Shown: one piece after another, positions 12,998 through 26,562 of the stretch
Layout of the letters: each line of letters starts with the position of its first letter
Position numbering within the stretch: the stretch's first letter is position 1
From: the human T2T-CHM13v2.0 reference genome, Homo sapiens
DNA: 64,000 bases
Direction: 5' to 3' (one strand)
Assembly: GCF_009914755.1 (NCBI RefSeq)
Contig: NC_060926.1
Program-made: the position numbers and the translations under genes
Notes under the pieces: model-generated
What the model was told of the DNA's origin: nothing
Seen by the model: only the letters and a program-made list of their open reading frames with translations
The model's database searches: none

Positions 12998-13824
12998 TGG
13001 AAATAGAATAATACCCTGGAGTAGAATATGAAATCTATTTTAGATCACTGATTGGAAGGGCAACCCTTAAGCTGTTGCCATCCATCTTTATGTAGGCAGT
13101 GTGGGTTGCATAAACCACAAAGTTGTATTTTGTTCCTGGAAACTGCTAAGAAGACTTGATAAGAGAAGAGCTGCTATTCTAAGAATGAGCTTTTCTTCCA
13201 ACTCGATCAGTTTATTTTTTTTTCTTTTTGGGGTTGGGGGAGGTGGCACCTCCTTCAAAAGTAAGGATATATCTCCAGAATATCTTAGTTTTTGTTTTTG
13301 TTTCTGTGTGGCTTTTTTTTTTTCCCAGGAAGCCGCTGTTTATTTTGAATCTGTGTTACTTTGTTGGGAAATTAGCTTCCTACTTTTACAATCAGGGAAG
13401 TGGCTGCACTTTCTTCTATTGGCTCTATTTACTCTTTCAAGTATCTTGGGGATCTTCTAAATTTTAGCATTTTGGGATATTTTTCTGTTTTATCCATGAT
13501 GTTTATAGTTTTCTACACTATTAATATGTATATTCTTGACCTCTAGCTTTCTGGAATTTGAAAGTCTCAATCTCTTTAATTTGGTCCCTACTGTTGTCCT
13601 GATATTTTTAGTTGTCTTTCATGGGCATTTTAAGTTCTAGCTATACAGACACCACTCTATTCTCTTTACTTTCACTCTGTAGTGGCTACTCTTGCTCCTT
13701 CAGATCTAAAGAGCATCCTTGACTTCTCCTACACTAGGTTAGGCACACTTGCAATGAACTCCCAGAGCAAAATATACTTCCCAGATCATAATGCTTTCCT
13801 ACTATCTGTTTTTTTTTTTTAATT

Positions 13825-14040
13825 TTACAAATACTTGATAGCACTTTTTTATGTGCTGGACACTTCTTTAAGGGCATTACAGTATTAAGTTATTTGACCT
13901 TCACAACAAATATCTGAGGTAGAACCATTACTGTCTCGATCTTATCAATGAGGCTAATGAGGTACAGTGAGGTTAATCAACTTTCCTAAGATTTCAGCTA
14001 ATCAATGAGGGGGCAGGATTTGAACCAGGGTGTCTGGCTC
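13825..14040 (-). mobile_element. MIR
   Basis: atgtgctggacact...cctcacaac-like...tgaggtacagtgaggttaa...gcaggatttgaaccagggtgtctggctcc. Confidence 0.7.
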
Positions 14041-14169
14041 CTGACGTCCTCTTTCCCAGCCTGTTTGCCACCACATCCAGCTGGCTCTTACTTTATGCTG
14101 ATTGCCTGTTTAATGGTAATGTCATAGGCCCCCTTTCTCTCTAGCCATCATGTCTATCTCAACCACTGT

Positions 14170-14276
14170 CTGCCTCCATGAGATGGAGACTTTGTTCCCT
14201 GTTGAATTCTAGTACCTTCTAAGACAATGTTTAACACATAGTTGGTGATCAAAAACCATTTTTTTTAATAAATGAA
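14170..14276 (+). mobile_element. L2 3' end
   Basis: ctccatgagatggagactttg...acacatagttggtgatcaaaaa...aataaatgaa. Confidence 0.6.
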
Positions 14277-14399
14277 CACACATATGTTTCTGTAAACAGT
14301 CAAGGATGGTAATATTTCTAAGAAGAATGAAATAACTGCAACATCTTTTAAGTGCAAGTCAAATGTGAACCAGCTATACTGGAGGAAAAGGGAACTTAC

Positions 14400-15850
14400 C
14401 CTGACAAGCAGTATTTTGAAAATTTCAAATGTCTAAAAAAGATTAAAGCTAAAGGGGATTTCATGGTCGGTATCAGACAGTTCAATTTGAAGCAAAGCTG
14501 TTGCTATTCAAACTCTCACCACTTCCAGCCACAGGAAAAAGCAGACGGTTGTGAAAGCTTGCAGGCTAGAAGGAAATTCTAATTTTTTGGAATGCCCTGA
14601 AGAAGGAGGTAGAGTTGTAGACTCTGACTACTTTACTATAAGACTGATAACCCTGAAAAAATATAAAAAACACATAAAAGAGGGCACGAGCCTGATTAGA
14701 GGACCAAGTTGGAGCTGTGTTATCACAGGTCCTCAAGAAATCAGCAGGGCCAGAAATGAGGCAGGCTGCAGGCAATTACAGATTGTCATTAAAGTTAAAA
14801 ACATGACCCACAGCACTGTTGCTGTATCGCTTTAGGCTACTAAAGCTCCACGCTGTCAGTTATGACACAAAGCACGGGAAAGGACAGTCAGAATTCTATG
14901 CTATTTCTGCATTTTTTAACAAAAGTAAAAATTTGTACAATTCTCTACAATTAAAATAAGTAAGCATGGACTGATTTTTAGAGAAAGACAGGAAACAGAG
15001 CAGAGGTATTATATCTACTTGAAAAATCGCATTCAAAGGCTACTTCCTCATTGTTTGGGTTTGGGTAGTAATATAATCAGCAACAAGGATGATTTCGTCC
15101 AACTGGTTCTTCTTTGACAGTTTTCTAAGTCAAGAATTGCAGAAAATAGACAATGTTGGTATTGTGTCTGATGAATTAAAAAAATGAGTGAGGATTATAA
15201 CCAAGTAAATAACACTTCAAGTAGGTGTTTAAAGTAATGTGTGGAAAAAAATCACAACAATAGAAAGGCTTAGATGAAAGAAGATTGAATTCTGAATGAG
15301 GGCAGAAGGATTAAGTGAATGTCAAGAAGAACATCCCAGTATGGATCCATTCCTTGCACAACAATTGAACCCCTTACTTCACAATGTGGTAGAGCTTAAT
15401 TTAACTTAAGAGGGGTAAACGTGCTAAATGGAAATGATTTGGTAAAGAAGGAAGGATTTTTAATGCCAAGGACAAAGCAATTTGTAATTTGATTTTTAAT
15501 CTGCAGGCGGTAGGTAGTATCAAGTCATCAAACAGTGCAAAGAATAGGCCACTAATTGAAACAGAACGTGGAGATGTTAATGAAATTGATTAGAAGTGAC
15601 AAAGCAGCTGGATTTGTCAGCATTTCAGCAGATGGAATAGCTCTGATTGATGAAATGACAAGGCTCTGAAACAAAACTGAAAATTAAATGTACAGCCAGA
15701 TAGTCCTGGCACCAAAAATGTACAATTGCATAAAATTTCAGGAGCAAACTATAAAGAGATCTGGAGAAATGCTCCCAAATGATTTACAGAATACAATTAT
15801 TTATCACTTGGCTCAAATCTGCAACTTCAGATGACTGGTAGAAGTTTGAG
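14400..15850 (+). mobile_element. Ancient decayed RTE-clade LINE remnant (L4/MamRTE1-like), endonuclease end to pre-RT region
   Basis: Translations VDSDYFTIRLITLKKYKK (~14617-14670, resembles the APE SDH motif plus basic tail) and VEMLMKLIRSDKAAGFVSISADGIALIDEMTRL*NK (15568-15675, resembles KAxGxDGIxAE...LTRLCNK), in the expected order and spacing. Confidence 0.6.
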
Positions 15851-15989
15851 AGTTGGTGTAGCAAAGTACTTGATGCCATTGCTTGGGTTAGATGGCAGTA
15901 TCACACGTAACAGGACTGCTTTAGAATGACTGTCACTTCATTCTAATTTTGCAACCACTACTCCATAGTCTTTGTTATATTACATGAAT

Positions 15990-16258
15990 GCCACGTTTTC
16001 CTAACTGTGTTCCTTAAAGCACTAGGGACCCCATGAGACGCTAAAAGACTCCGTGAAAAGAGTTTTTGGTCAAATAAGTATATTGTAAGTATGAGTCACT
16101 CTTAGAGAGTCTCAACACACAATAGCATAGCAAAGGCAAAGTCTGTGGTAAAGTGGGAATTTCCTAAGCTCCCATGCCTACTTAAATGAATTTTTAAGAA
16201 GTATCTATAGTATTTCGGAAGGACTATTGCTCTTTGGAGTGAAGTTTGGAAAATATTA
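15990..16258. mobile_element. MER103C-like hAT-Charlie element
   Basis: ttttcctaactgtgttcc...cactag...ctccgtgaaaagag...ggtcaaataagt...agtttggaaaat. Confidence 0.6.
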
Positions 16259-19200
16259 CCTTGGTAGCTCAAAAGCACTTATTGGCCAAGCACTTTACTT
16301 ACTGCATTCTGGAAGAATGACTTCAGCCCTGAAAAGAATCCACCTTTCCATGAAGCAGTTTGCATTACAGTTGAGACTTCAAATATGTTTGAATGTATTT
16401 GGAAAGACGTTGCCTTGCTCTTTCTGCTTATGTTTGTGCAGATCACAGACTCATTTTCTGTCGATGATCATAGACAGGCTGCAGTTCTGTTATGCTGAGA
16501 GTATTTGTCTAGTGCCTAGTTTCTATTTCAGGTGGAAATTCTGGGTAAGGAAAATGACTCTAGTCACAAGTGCAAGTTGTGTGGTACATAGGAGCATCTC
16601 TTTAAGTTCTCTTTTAAAAAAACGAGACATCTGATTACATCGAATGTTATTTCCTTCTCTTTACACTATTATTTTTAAAGTTAAAGCACTGGTCTGAAAG
16701 GAAGCTGGGAATATTTCCCTATATTCATAGAATAAAGCCAATTTTGAATTACTTTAATTTAGAAAGTAACAACGTATGTGCCACAGGACATTTTTGGAGG
16801 GTGGGTCTCGAGGGATGAAATTAAGCAATGATTGTTTCAGACATATTTTTAAACGTTGGGAATTCAGTGAGCACTGAAACAGTTCTCAAGAGAACCATTT
16901 CAGAATTTAAAGGAATGTTCTACAACTCAGTTAAAACCACTGCATCTTCTGTCTCCTTAACTCTCTGTGATCCATTTACACAAGGCAACCCTGAAAGTCA
17001 TGATTTTGTGAAATATTTAGCTAAGGGTGCATCTTTTACAACTCTTTATTTGGGCATTTTAACCATGACTGTTTACAGACCTGTGACACAGTCTCATAGA
17101 AGACCGCACTGTTTGGATTCCTAGGATCTCTCTATTCTGTCTGCATCAGCCTGATTGCAGCATATCTTCTCCTATTTCATAGCAAACTCACTCACTGTCC
17201 TAGTTTTAGACATTTTATCTATAAGTGAACACTCTGTTTTTGAAGTGATTACTTCTGCTGTCCTGATTTTTCCCAAGGCTTTAATCTCAACAATTAAAGT
17301 TGAGATTGAGAGTAAAGCAATCAGAAGTATACTCTTAAGAAAGAATATCTCAGGAATGGGATTTAGTTAATGAAATATTTTCTTTGGTTTCAATTTTCTT
17401 ATAAAAGAGAGTTTTTCCTGTATTTCTTATAATTAGGATAGATCTTATCTTTCCGATATGACTGGATATAGTTTATACAATGTCAGCAGTATCTTTCATT
17501 GGTGGTTTTATTTATTTATGAAGTTTTACTGGCAGAACCAGGAAGAATGCTTCACCTTGGGCTTGTTGGGACTAATTCATGGATAGCCATTTGGAGGGAA
17601 TAAGAACACTGAAATTTTGGATACTTATACTACTTAAATTTGTGCTCATTTCAACTCTGTCTTCTGGGCAGGAGTGAGACAAACACAGTTTGATCAAGTT
17701 GTTCATTTGTTTCACATTCCTTTTTCGTATAAGAGAGCAAGAAGGAAAGTGGGAGGGAGATGAAAGGCAGACATTTGAACGCTAATTTACATGCGTTTCC
17801 AAGATCTTTAAATTTCTAAAGCTGAGCTATGATTTACGTATACATCAAAGTTCAAGACATTGCTTGGCTTTAAGAAGTACAGATTGTCATTGGCTAAAAT
17901 GGCAAGAAAAGCGGACCCAATTTAGGATAGAATCTGTCTTATGCTCTGGTGGGCAAGTCTTCACCAGACTCTCCCCTGAGGCTTGGGGAGCAGAATAGTG
18001 GCACACTATTGGTTACTGCCTCCAGAGACTGTGAGATCCTCATTGAGACTCCAGTAACTGTAGCATGTCATTGGTTACTGCCACCAAGAAATGTCGGATG
18101 TCCATCTCAGTGATCCTGTTGGGGACTGACCCTTTGGGGATGGTCAGTTGTTTTCGTTTGTCTTGGGAAATTACACACTCTGGATGGCTTAATAAAAAAC
18201 AACCCAAATATAAAGATCACAATAGAATATATGTCTCTACAAATACAGTTTTCCAAAACCCAGAACTGAATGACTTTAGAGTTGTAGGGCATGTCAGGAC
18301 AGAGTCAGTGTCTGGTGTCCTGAGACTGCCTAAGCAGGGACATTTCTCTTGGTATGTGACAAGCTGTCACTAGAAAGTGAACCGTTCCCCTTTATTGGTT
18401 TCTAAGAGTTTGGCCCTTTAGAGAGTTTCCTTATCTAATTGAGCTTTTGGTGACATATTTTATTCTCTCAACAACTTTCACAGGATGAAATATTATCTTA
18501 ACTAGGTCAGCCAGACCTTCCATGAACTAACTCTTTCTTGCTGGATACTTTTATCTTAGGGAATGACTGGAATCCTGAAACCTGATTCTGCTCTGCTGTG
18601 GAAAGAATGAGCACCTCATATATACCATCCTCACATCTTGGGCAGCGGGTTGCTAAAAACCATAGCTGTGTGCCATGTAAAAACTCGAGGCATGGTGAAG
18701 TAGAACTAGCAGTTTTGGAGTATTTTGGAAAGACTGGTTCACTTGATTTCTGTACAAGTCTTCCTCGCTTTCTTTAACCATAGGAACTGCATATTTTCAG
18801 GTTTGAAAGATCCTTAAATCAGCTTATATGATGAAGACTCACTGCCTGTCGGAAAATCCCTTCCCTCTTTCCTGAAGATGTACTTAAGGGTGTCTCCCCA
18901 TTCTCTTTTCTTTCAGCATTTCTTTGTTCATTATTTTTTCCCCATGCCAGCCACCTTAAATTCTTTTAGAATTAATTCTTTATAGAATTAGAATTCTTTT
19001 CTGGATTATGACAATGGGAGTAGAAAACAGTGTTATTCAGTGGACCTTTATCCAGAGAACAGGCAAGAGAGGAGATAGATTGGGGAGCAGGGAGAAGGAT
19101 ATGGAAGAATCACAGGCATCTAGCCTCGACCTGGAAGAAAGGCAGGGTAACAGACCATGTAGGATAGTCTGGGAGAGGAATCATAGTTGGGAAGAGGATG

Positions 19201-19309
19201 ACGAGCTTAGTATTGGATGTGTTGCATTGGGATTGTCAGGGGTAAACTGAAATAGAGACACAAACAGCCTAATGTCAGAAGCTCAGGTTCACAAGGCAAA
19301 ATTTGTGAG

Positions 19310-19765
19310 TGTATTAGTTTCCTACAGCTGCTGTAAAAAAAATTATCAAAAATGCAGTGGCTTGAAACAATACACATTATCCTCTTATAGCTTTGGAGAT
19401 CAGAAATCTCAAATGAGTCTCACTGAAATTAAGTTGTCAGCTGGGCTGCATTCCTTCTGGAGCCTCCAGGGAAATAATTTGTCTCTGTGTCTTTTCCAGC
19501 TTCTCTATGCCACCTGAATTCCTTGGCTTGCAGCCCCTTCTTCCATCTTCAAAGCGAGTAGTTGAGTGTCTTCAAGTATTTCTGATTGTTACTCTCCTGC
19601 CTCCTTCTTTTACGTATAAGGATCTTTGTGATTACATTGGTCCCACCAGGAAAATCTACACACCTGCAAAGTCCCTTTTGCCATGTAAGACAACTTATTC
19701 TCAGGTTCCAGGAGTTAGGACATACACACCTTTGTGGGGGTGGGGAGCAGTATTCTGTCTACCAC
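19310..19765 (-). mobile_element. MLT1 (MLT1C/D-like) solo LTR
   Basis: tgtattagtttcctacagctgctgta...gattacattggtcccacc...attctgtctaccaca. Confidence 0.85.
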
Positions 19766-20519
19766 AGGAAGCATTTATATAGAGGTAATAATTAAATTTA
19801 ACTTTTTATTATTCTCTATGCCCAAGAGAATGTGGGTAAAAAGAGAAGTCCAGAGTGCTAAAGAACAAGACTTTCTCATCGTGTTTTCCCATATCCTCTT
19901 CCTGTTTCTCTTTTCAGTATCAGGGTTAATTCTTGTCACCCACTGTATTTCCCTCCCCACTCTTTTAACTGCTCTCCAGTGTCTTATCAACAAAGGCTTC
20001 AACTCTGGTGCTAAAAGAGAGTGATTTCATTTTTTTAAGTTAATTTTTACCTGTATACTTGCAAAGCACTAGAATTTTCTTTTAAATGCAAAGGGAATCC
20101 TTATTTTTATTTTTCTAGTCTTAGTGTTATCTTCAGTCATATCTGCTTAGGTTGAATTTCATACAATAACATTGTAGTTGCACTACTGCTAAGTCACTCA
20201 CATATAGTTCATCCTTTTCCTCCACTTAAATAATGAGAAACTAATTATGTTTTCAATAGTAGGACTAAACTGCTGTGCTATTGACAAAGTCTTGATTGAT
20301 TTGAAATATGAGAAAGCTGATGCCCTTCACTGAAATAATTGGCTTAGACTCTGGGGAGTCCACCTGAATTTAACTGTTGAAAATGCTTATTGAGTGCTGG
20401 CTTCCCAGTGGGTCCTGTGCTTGGTGCTGCTACACACTTGATCTAAGAGGCGGTGTGCTGTAGGCTGAGATACCACTTAACCTGTGGCAGCAGGGTGTGT
20501 GAGCTTTGGAGTCTGCATC

Positions 20520-21105
20520 CACTCATTTGACCATTGATTTTTTTCTTCAGTAAACATTGGCGTCCCTCTGATGTGCTAGGCATCATATTAAACCTGAGGG
20601 AATAGAATATTGAATAGACCATAGTCCCTAGTAATCAAGATACTTCAGTGATTGGGGTGAGTGGAAGAGACCCACAAGGAAATAGGCAACTATATTACAC
20701 CATGATAAGTGCAGTGCTGTGACAGAGGGTGGTATACCTAGAGTATCATGGGGACAGATACAAGAAGAATCCAATCCAGATGTGGGGTTCCAGGGAAGGC
20801 TTCCTATAGAAGGTAATATCTAAGTTAGTCCTCCAAGGCCAGTAAGAGTTATTCAAGCAAATACAAAGATGTGGAGAGGGCATTATGATCCTTCCTGAGA
20901 GAAGTGCTTTCAGGTGGAAAAGATGAGGCAAGATAGCAGGTTTGAAATTCCTACTCAACTATTCTGGATATCCTTAAGAAATTACTTAAGCTGTCCAAGA
21001 TTGAGTTCCTTCATTCTGTAAAATGTAAAATGTAAAATGAGCCTAACAGTGTCTCAAGGACTTGTCAAGGACATTGTGGAGTTGGGATTTAAAATATTAT
21101 CTAAG
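20520..21105. mobile_element. L2 (minus, ~20520-20930) followed by MIR (plus, ~20935-21105)
   Basis: atgtgctaggcatcat...cagggaaggcttcct; then ggtttgaaattcc...cttaagctgtccaag...cattctgtaaaatg. Confidence 0.6.
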
Positions 21106-21185
21106 GATAATGTGTTTCTTTTTTTATTTAATTTTTTCATCTTTATAAAACATTTGTTATATAGTAATACACCAGTGATCCTTAC

Positions 21186-21558
21186 TGTGTTAGTCCATTC
21201 TCATACTATTGTAAAGAACTGCCGGAGACTGAATAATTTATAAAAGACAGAGATTTAACTGACTGACAGTTCCGCATGGCTGGGAGGCCTCAGGAAACTT
21301 ACAATCATGGCGGAAGGGAAAGCAAACACATCCTTCTCCCCATGGTGGCAAGGAGAATTGCCAAGCAAAGATGGAAAAGCCTCTTATGAAATCATTAGAT
21401 CTCATGAGACCTCACCCACTAGCATGAGAACAGCAGTATGGGGGTAACTGCCCCCATGATTCAATTACCTCCCACTGGGTCCCTCCCGCGACACACGGGG
21501 ATTATGGGAACTACAATTCAAGATGAGATTTGGATGGGGACACAGCAAAACCGTATCA
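21186..21558 (-). mobile_element. THE1C/D-like solo LTR
   Basis: tgtgttagtccattctca...gatgagatttggatggggacacagcaaaaccgtatca; 5-bp TSD cttac/cttat. Confidence 0.92.
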
Positions 21559-21744
21559 CTTATCACTTCACAAAAGAACTAAAACACAAAATAACAAAAA
21601 TAAAATCCCAACCTGAATACATTCTCAACCTAGCATGAATCAGGGTTACCTGTTCTGATAGCATCAATGTAATTTAGATTATTAAATAATTAACAATAAT
21701 TTTATTTTGCCAATCACAGTTGAAGAACTTTTATCCTTAGTCCA

Positions 21745-21850
21745 ATACATATGTATACACACACTCACACACACACACATATACACATATATATGTGTGT
21801 GTGTATACATATGTATATACATATATACACACATATATATGTGTGTGTGC
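21745..21850. repeat. Compound (CA)/(TA)/(TG) microsatellite
   Basis: ~105 bp of nearly uninterrupted purine-pyrimidine alternation. Confidence 0.9.
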
Positions 21851-22359
21851 TAAATAAAGCTTGTTGATAAAGACTTATCATTTATTTTTTGAGACATTTT
21901 GACAAATCAGATGAATACACACCCACATGGCTTAAAATAGACCAATCATGGGCCTAAAATATAGCATGTGTTTTCTTTGATTTTTGTAATGTTTTTTCAT
22001 AGGAAGTTTTCTTCCAGGGAAACCGTGAGTTTATTAAACTGGAGGTTCTCTTTCTGTTGTTGGTAGCAGCTGGGGACAGTGGTCATGACTAAGAGGGAAT
22101 GAGAAGCATTATTTTAAGTGAGGACAGTTTAATCATGCTGACTGATGAACGCATCCTGCAATTTAGAACAATTTGTCCTTTCTATGCAAGTCTGCATCAT
22201 CATTTGCTGTTGCTCTTGTTATAAATATATTAAGGACATAAGGATGCTGGGAACTACTTATTTTGGGGGAGCAGTCTTATAAAAATTATTTATTGTTTGG
22301 CATCATGAATTCATGGAAAATTGAAAAGTGGACATGGCATTGTGAGTCATAGAGTGTCA

Positions 22360-22590
22360 ATGACAAGGTTAAGAATAACAGCTTTAATGTCAGAGAGACC
22401 TTGCTTTGAATTTAGGCCGCACTAGATAGGTCTGAAAAATTATCATTACCTTCACGCATCAGTTTTCTCATCTGTAAAATAGAGATATCAATAGTACTTT
22501 CCTCAAAAGGTACTTAAAGAAATTAAATGAAATAATCCACTAGAAGTAATTATGTTTGCTACAGTATTCCATGACAGATCAATACTATTA
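22360..22590 (+). mobile_element. MIR
   Basis: ggttaagaa...gtcagagagacc...catcagttttctcatctgtaaaataga...aattaaatgaaataat. Confidence 0.7.
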
Positions 22591-25500
22591 GATAACATTA
22601 TCAAAGAACGTTTCTTGTTTTTTAAGAGATGAGCTCTTTTCATGATTGAATGGCCTTTTGAAAGTATAAGAGGAAGTAAAAAAAATACCTATTAGGTATG
22701 TGGAAGTAATCTCTGTACTGAATGTAGAGTCAAGAGATAGGAGGGAATACCTAATTCTAGAAATCTTTTCCAATGAGACCATCAAAGGAAAGCAGTCGTA
22801 TATGGGCCAGAGTGGGAAAGGACATGAAACCTGAGATCTCAGGTGTGAATTTTTGTAGGCTGGCTTCGTACCATGCATGCATAGGTCCTGCATAAGTTGT
22901 TTGAATAATTATAAAGGTAATGAGATGTCAGTAAAACGAGTCAAGAAAGGTTCAAGTTAAAGTGATATGATCTTGAAAGCAGGCCCCTAAAGATTTTTTA
23001 AATTGTTGCCTTCTGAATATGATTTTATTCTAATAAGCTAATTAAAAGTGTAAAAATGAGCCTGAACATAGACTTATGTTTGACTCTTGTCTTATTTTTA
23101 AAAAATAAGTGCAGTGCTTTCTATTCCTCCCTCTTAAGATATAATTCCCAGCTAGGACACTTCAGGATAGATTGGTCAGGCTACTTCCATTAGCACGGCT
23201 ATTCTTCCCATTGCAGGTGTGGGCCTGATCTATACACCTCTGAATTAATGGAGCCTCACTCCCTGTCACACAGGCAACTTGCCAAGTGGACTTCTTCTCT
23301 CCCTCAGCTCTGCAGAGGGCACTGCTGAATGCCTGTGAGTAGGCATGCTTAATTAAGTAGGGGTCCTTACTTTTAATAATGTTCTATTTTTAATTCTGAA
23401 ATATTCTTAATTCTAAGGACAAGTCCACTCTTAAAAGGATCTGGACTGCAGGCTAAAAATGGTTTTTGGTGAATTTATTAGCCATTATTTAGGCTGAAAA
23501 TAATCTGTTTTGTAAATCAGGAGAACTTGAACAATTACCCAGAGGTACCCTGAGCAAGTATCACATTGGGTCTGAACAGATTGCTGCTTTTTCTTTTTCT
23601 CCCCAGTGCTTCATATTACCTTTATGCCTCTAAGAGTGTGCTTAACTATAAAAGAGGCGATATAAACACGAATCTATGCGACAATATGCCGCATGACCCA
23701 GATCAAAGGCACTCTGGCTTTCCCTGAATAAAGGCTTCATGACAAGCCATTGCAAGAAATACTTCAGGGCTTTATAAGCCTAATTAGAATTTCATTAACT
23801 TAATCATAAATTACCCCTGGCTCAGGTCGGCTTGTTACCTTTTCCCTCTCAGTTCAGATTTTGACCCATGGGTTTCCTGTTTAATGTGGCAGCTGCTGAG
23901 ATTCTATGTGAAGGATAGGCTTGAAATGCACGCAGTCAAGGGGCTATCTTTCTCAGTCTGTTTGAAGTACACCTGGAAATTGCAGGCTTAGCAGGAAGAG
24001 AAAAAGCTCAAATGCCCACAGATACTGCAGCTTGAAGTGGTAAATGGACTGCATTCTAAGGGAACATGGAGATATGCTGCCGCTGCACCAAGGCCACTTT
24101 GGTCTTAGACAAATTCAGATCTCATTTAAAAAGACTTAATGTTCCTGATCTAAGTTTTAAGATTCACTTAGAATTTAAATCAGGCAACAGATAAAAATCA
24201 AAAGTTTGAAATGTCACACATAAACTTATCAGCTTATGGAAATGGAAGAATACTGAGGAAGCTGCAGCTGGACTGTTGTCCAGTAGCTGTGAGAGTTATG
24301 TGCTGCTCAAAGGCATGAATCCTGTATCACTTAAGACAATCTGCTGGCTGCTATAAGTTTGACAGTTCATGGCACATTGTAAATTCACCTGAATCTGATT
24401 TATGTGCGTGCAAACACTATAATGAGAAAAATTACTACAACTGTTAGTGGGAGATGCTATCTGAATGGGTGCCAAGATGCTGGCTGATTGTTGGTGCAAT
24501 GCCAAGCTTTTTTTAAATATATATATATATGTATTCTTTCAAATCACAAAATTGCTTTGCCTGAGGGTCAATTTATAAATGCCTATGGAGTGTTTTTTAT
24601 TTAATGTAGATAAATCATTCTGCATTTTAAATTGTTCAGGGTTTTAATTGGCAATATGTATGACATCTTATCTTGTTTAGTTTGATCTGGTTTTCTTTGC
24701 AGCCGAGGGCACAAGAGTTGACTGTCTCTGATAACAGTTATAAAAATGCCTTGATACTTATCTATACATTGCCTTAAAAAATACAACAGTATTTTTTTAA
24801 GTTGTTGGTGCAAGTGACTGAAATTCTTGAAAGATTTTTATTTCCTTTAGTGTTCATATCTTGAGGACTTCAGTTGGAATTCTAATTGCACTTAATTTCT
24901 GCCTCTTCACCCATCTGGAACATATCATGGCCCTAGACCAAGAGTTCTTAAACTATTTAATTTCTCTAGCTCTTGAAGGAAAAGCCCATTTACTTTTACA
25001 ATTCTCTTATGAGGTTATGGGAATGGGTTCTTTAAAAATAAAGATTTTCGAGAAAATCTTTAAACTTTTTTGAAAAAAAAATACAGTTTATTTTAACTTT
25101 GGAAAACCTGAGGGAAATCTTGTTGAACTCTAGATGCATAACTCAATCCAGGATGGTGAGAACTACCTGGCCATCTCTGGAGTGTTTTCTGTTTAGAGCC
25201 AAATAAGTGATTGCTCAAGGTAGGGGAGAGAGTCTATCACTTCTGGTTTCACGAGTCCTGAGATTACTTTTTGTAATTATCTCAAACTAGCATTATAGTT
25301 CAGCATCAGGCCATTTCTCTCTGTCCTACAATATCACCCTGATAGGTCCAGCTAAACCCAGAGGCCCGAAATGTTCCTCTTCTTCTAATGTAAGCATGGC
25401 TGGGAAGAAGGGCAAACAACTGGGGCCTCAGACAAAGAAAAAGAATCGTAAGGTAACTGGCATTCCAAACCCGTTTAATGTAATCAGGCCAGAATTGATC

Positions 25501-26562
25501 TTTCAATCCAACATTCAAACCCCAAATTTATACTGAGTGCATACTACATTCAAGATACTCTATGAGGTATTGTGTTGTCAGGAAAAATTCTGAGAGACTG
25601 AATGGGCCCAAAAAGTGGGGGAGGGTTGGGTGGGAGAGGGAGAAAGAGAATTTGCTGTGTCTAGCATGACCTTCTGGGATATCTCTGATTTTCATTGTCT
25701 TTCTGCTATTTTATGATGCCGTAAGTTGTATAAAAAAAGGATAATAATGCAAATGATTCTTGTCCATGGAAAGGTAAATTAATTGTGTCTGGTGGGAAGA
25801 AATTGATTATAGCTCAGTGAATAGATCTGTTAGGCATCTACTTGTAAATTTATTTCGGAATTCCTTAACTGATTATATGGTTGGTACTTTAAATTATCCT
25901 CCGAATGGGTTATAACATCTTACTAGTCCCCTCACTCATTATTGTACTAAATAAAATATTTGACATGTGTTCATTTTGCATTTGTATAAAGGTCATGATT
26001 ATCCCTCTTTTAAACATTGTCTTTGACAATTAAAAAATGACTCATACTTGCTCTTAAATTATTTGGTTTTTAATTGGGAAAATAAGATATATAACTACAA
26101 ACAGATACACAGTTCTGAGCTCTGTCAGTCAATGAGGTTGGTGTTACTACATTTTTTTCAGAGGGAGGGGAGATCATTCTAATCAATAACTATTGTACTT
26201 ATTATTCTTTCATTTCCTTTAACTAGTTGATTACTATTTGCAAGCAAGAAAATTCATGTGAAAAGATAAAAGAATAAAATTATAGGCTACTGTAGCCCAG
26301 AGAATGTTTTAAAAACACATTTTTGACAAGATTTTTTTATTATCAAAATAATAATATTATTTGGGAAATAATAAATCATAGAAAATAATAAAATTTGGAA
26401 ACCATGGAAAAGTAGAGAAAATAAAAACAGTAACCCACAGTTTTACTAAGCAATGTGACCAACGTGGTATCTTTTCATCCAGATTTTCTATGCTTAGTTT
26501 TGTTGTTACTTGTTTTTGCTTCAGCTCAGTTTGGTTGGTTGGTTTGTTTCTCTTGCACAGTA

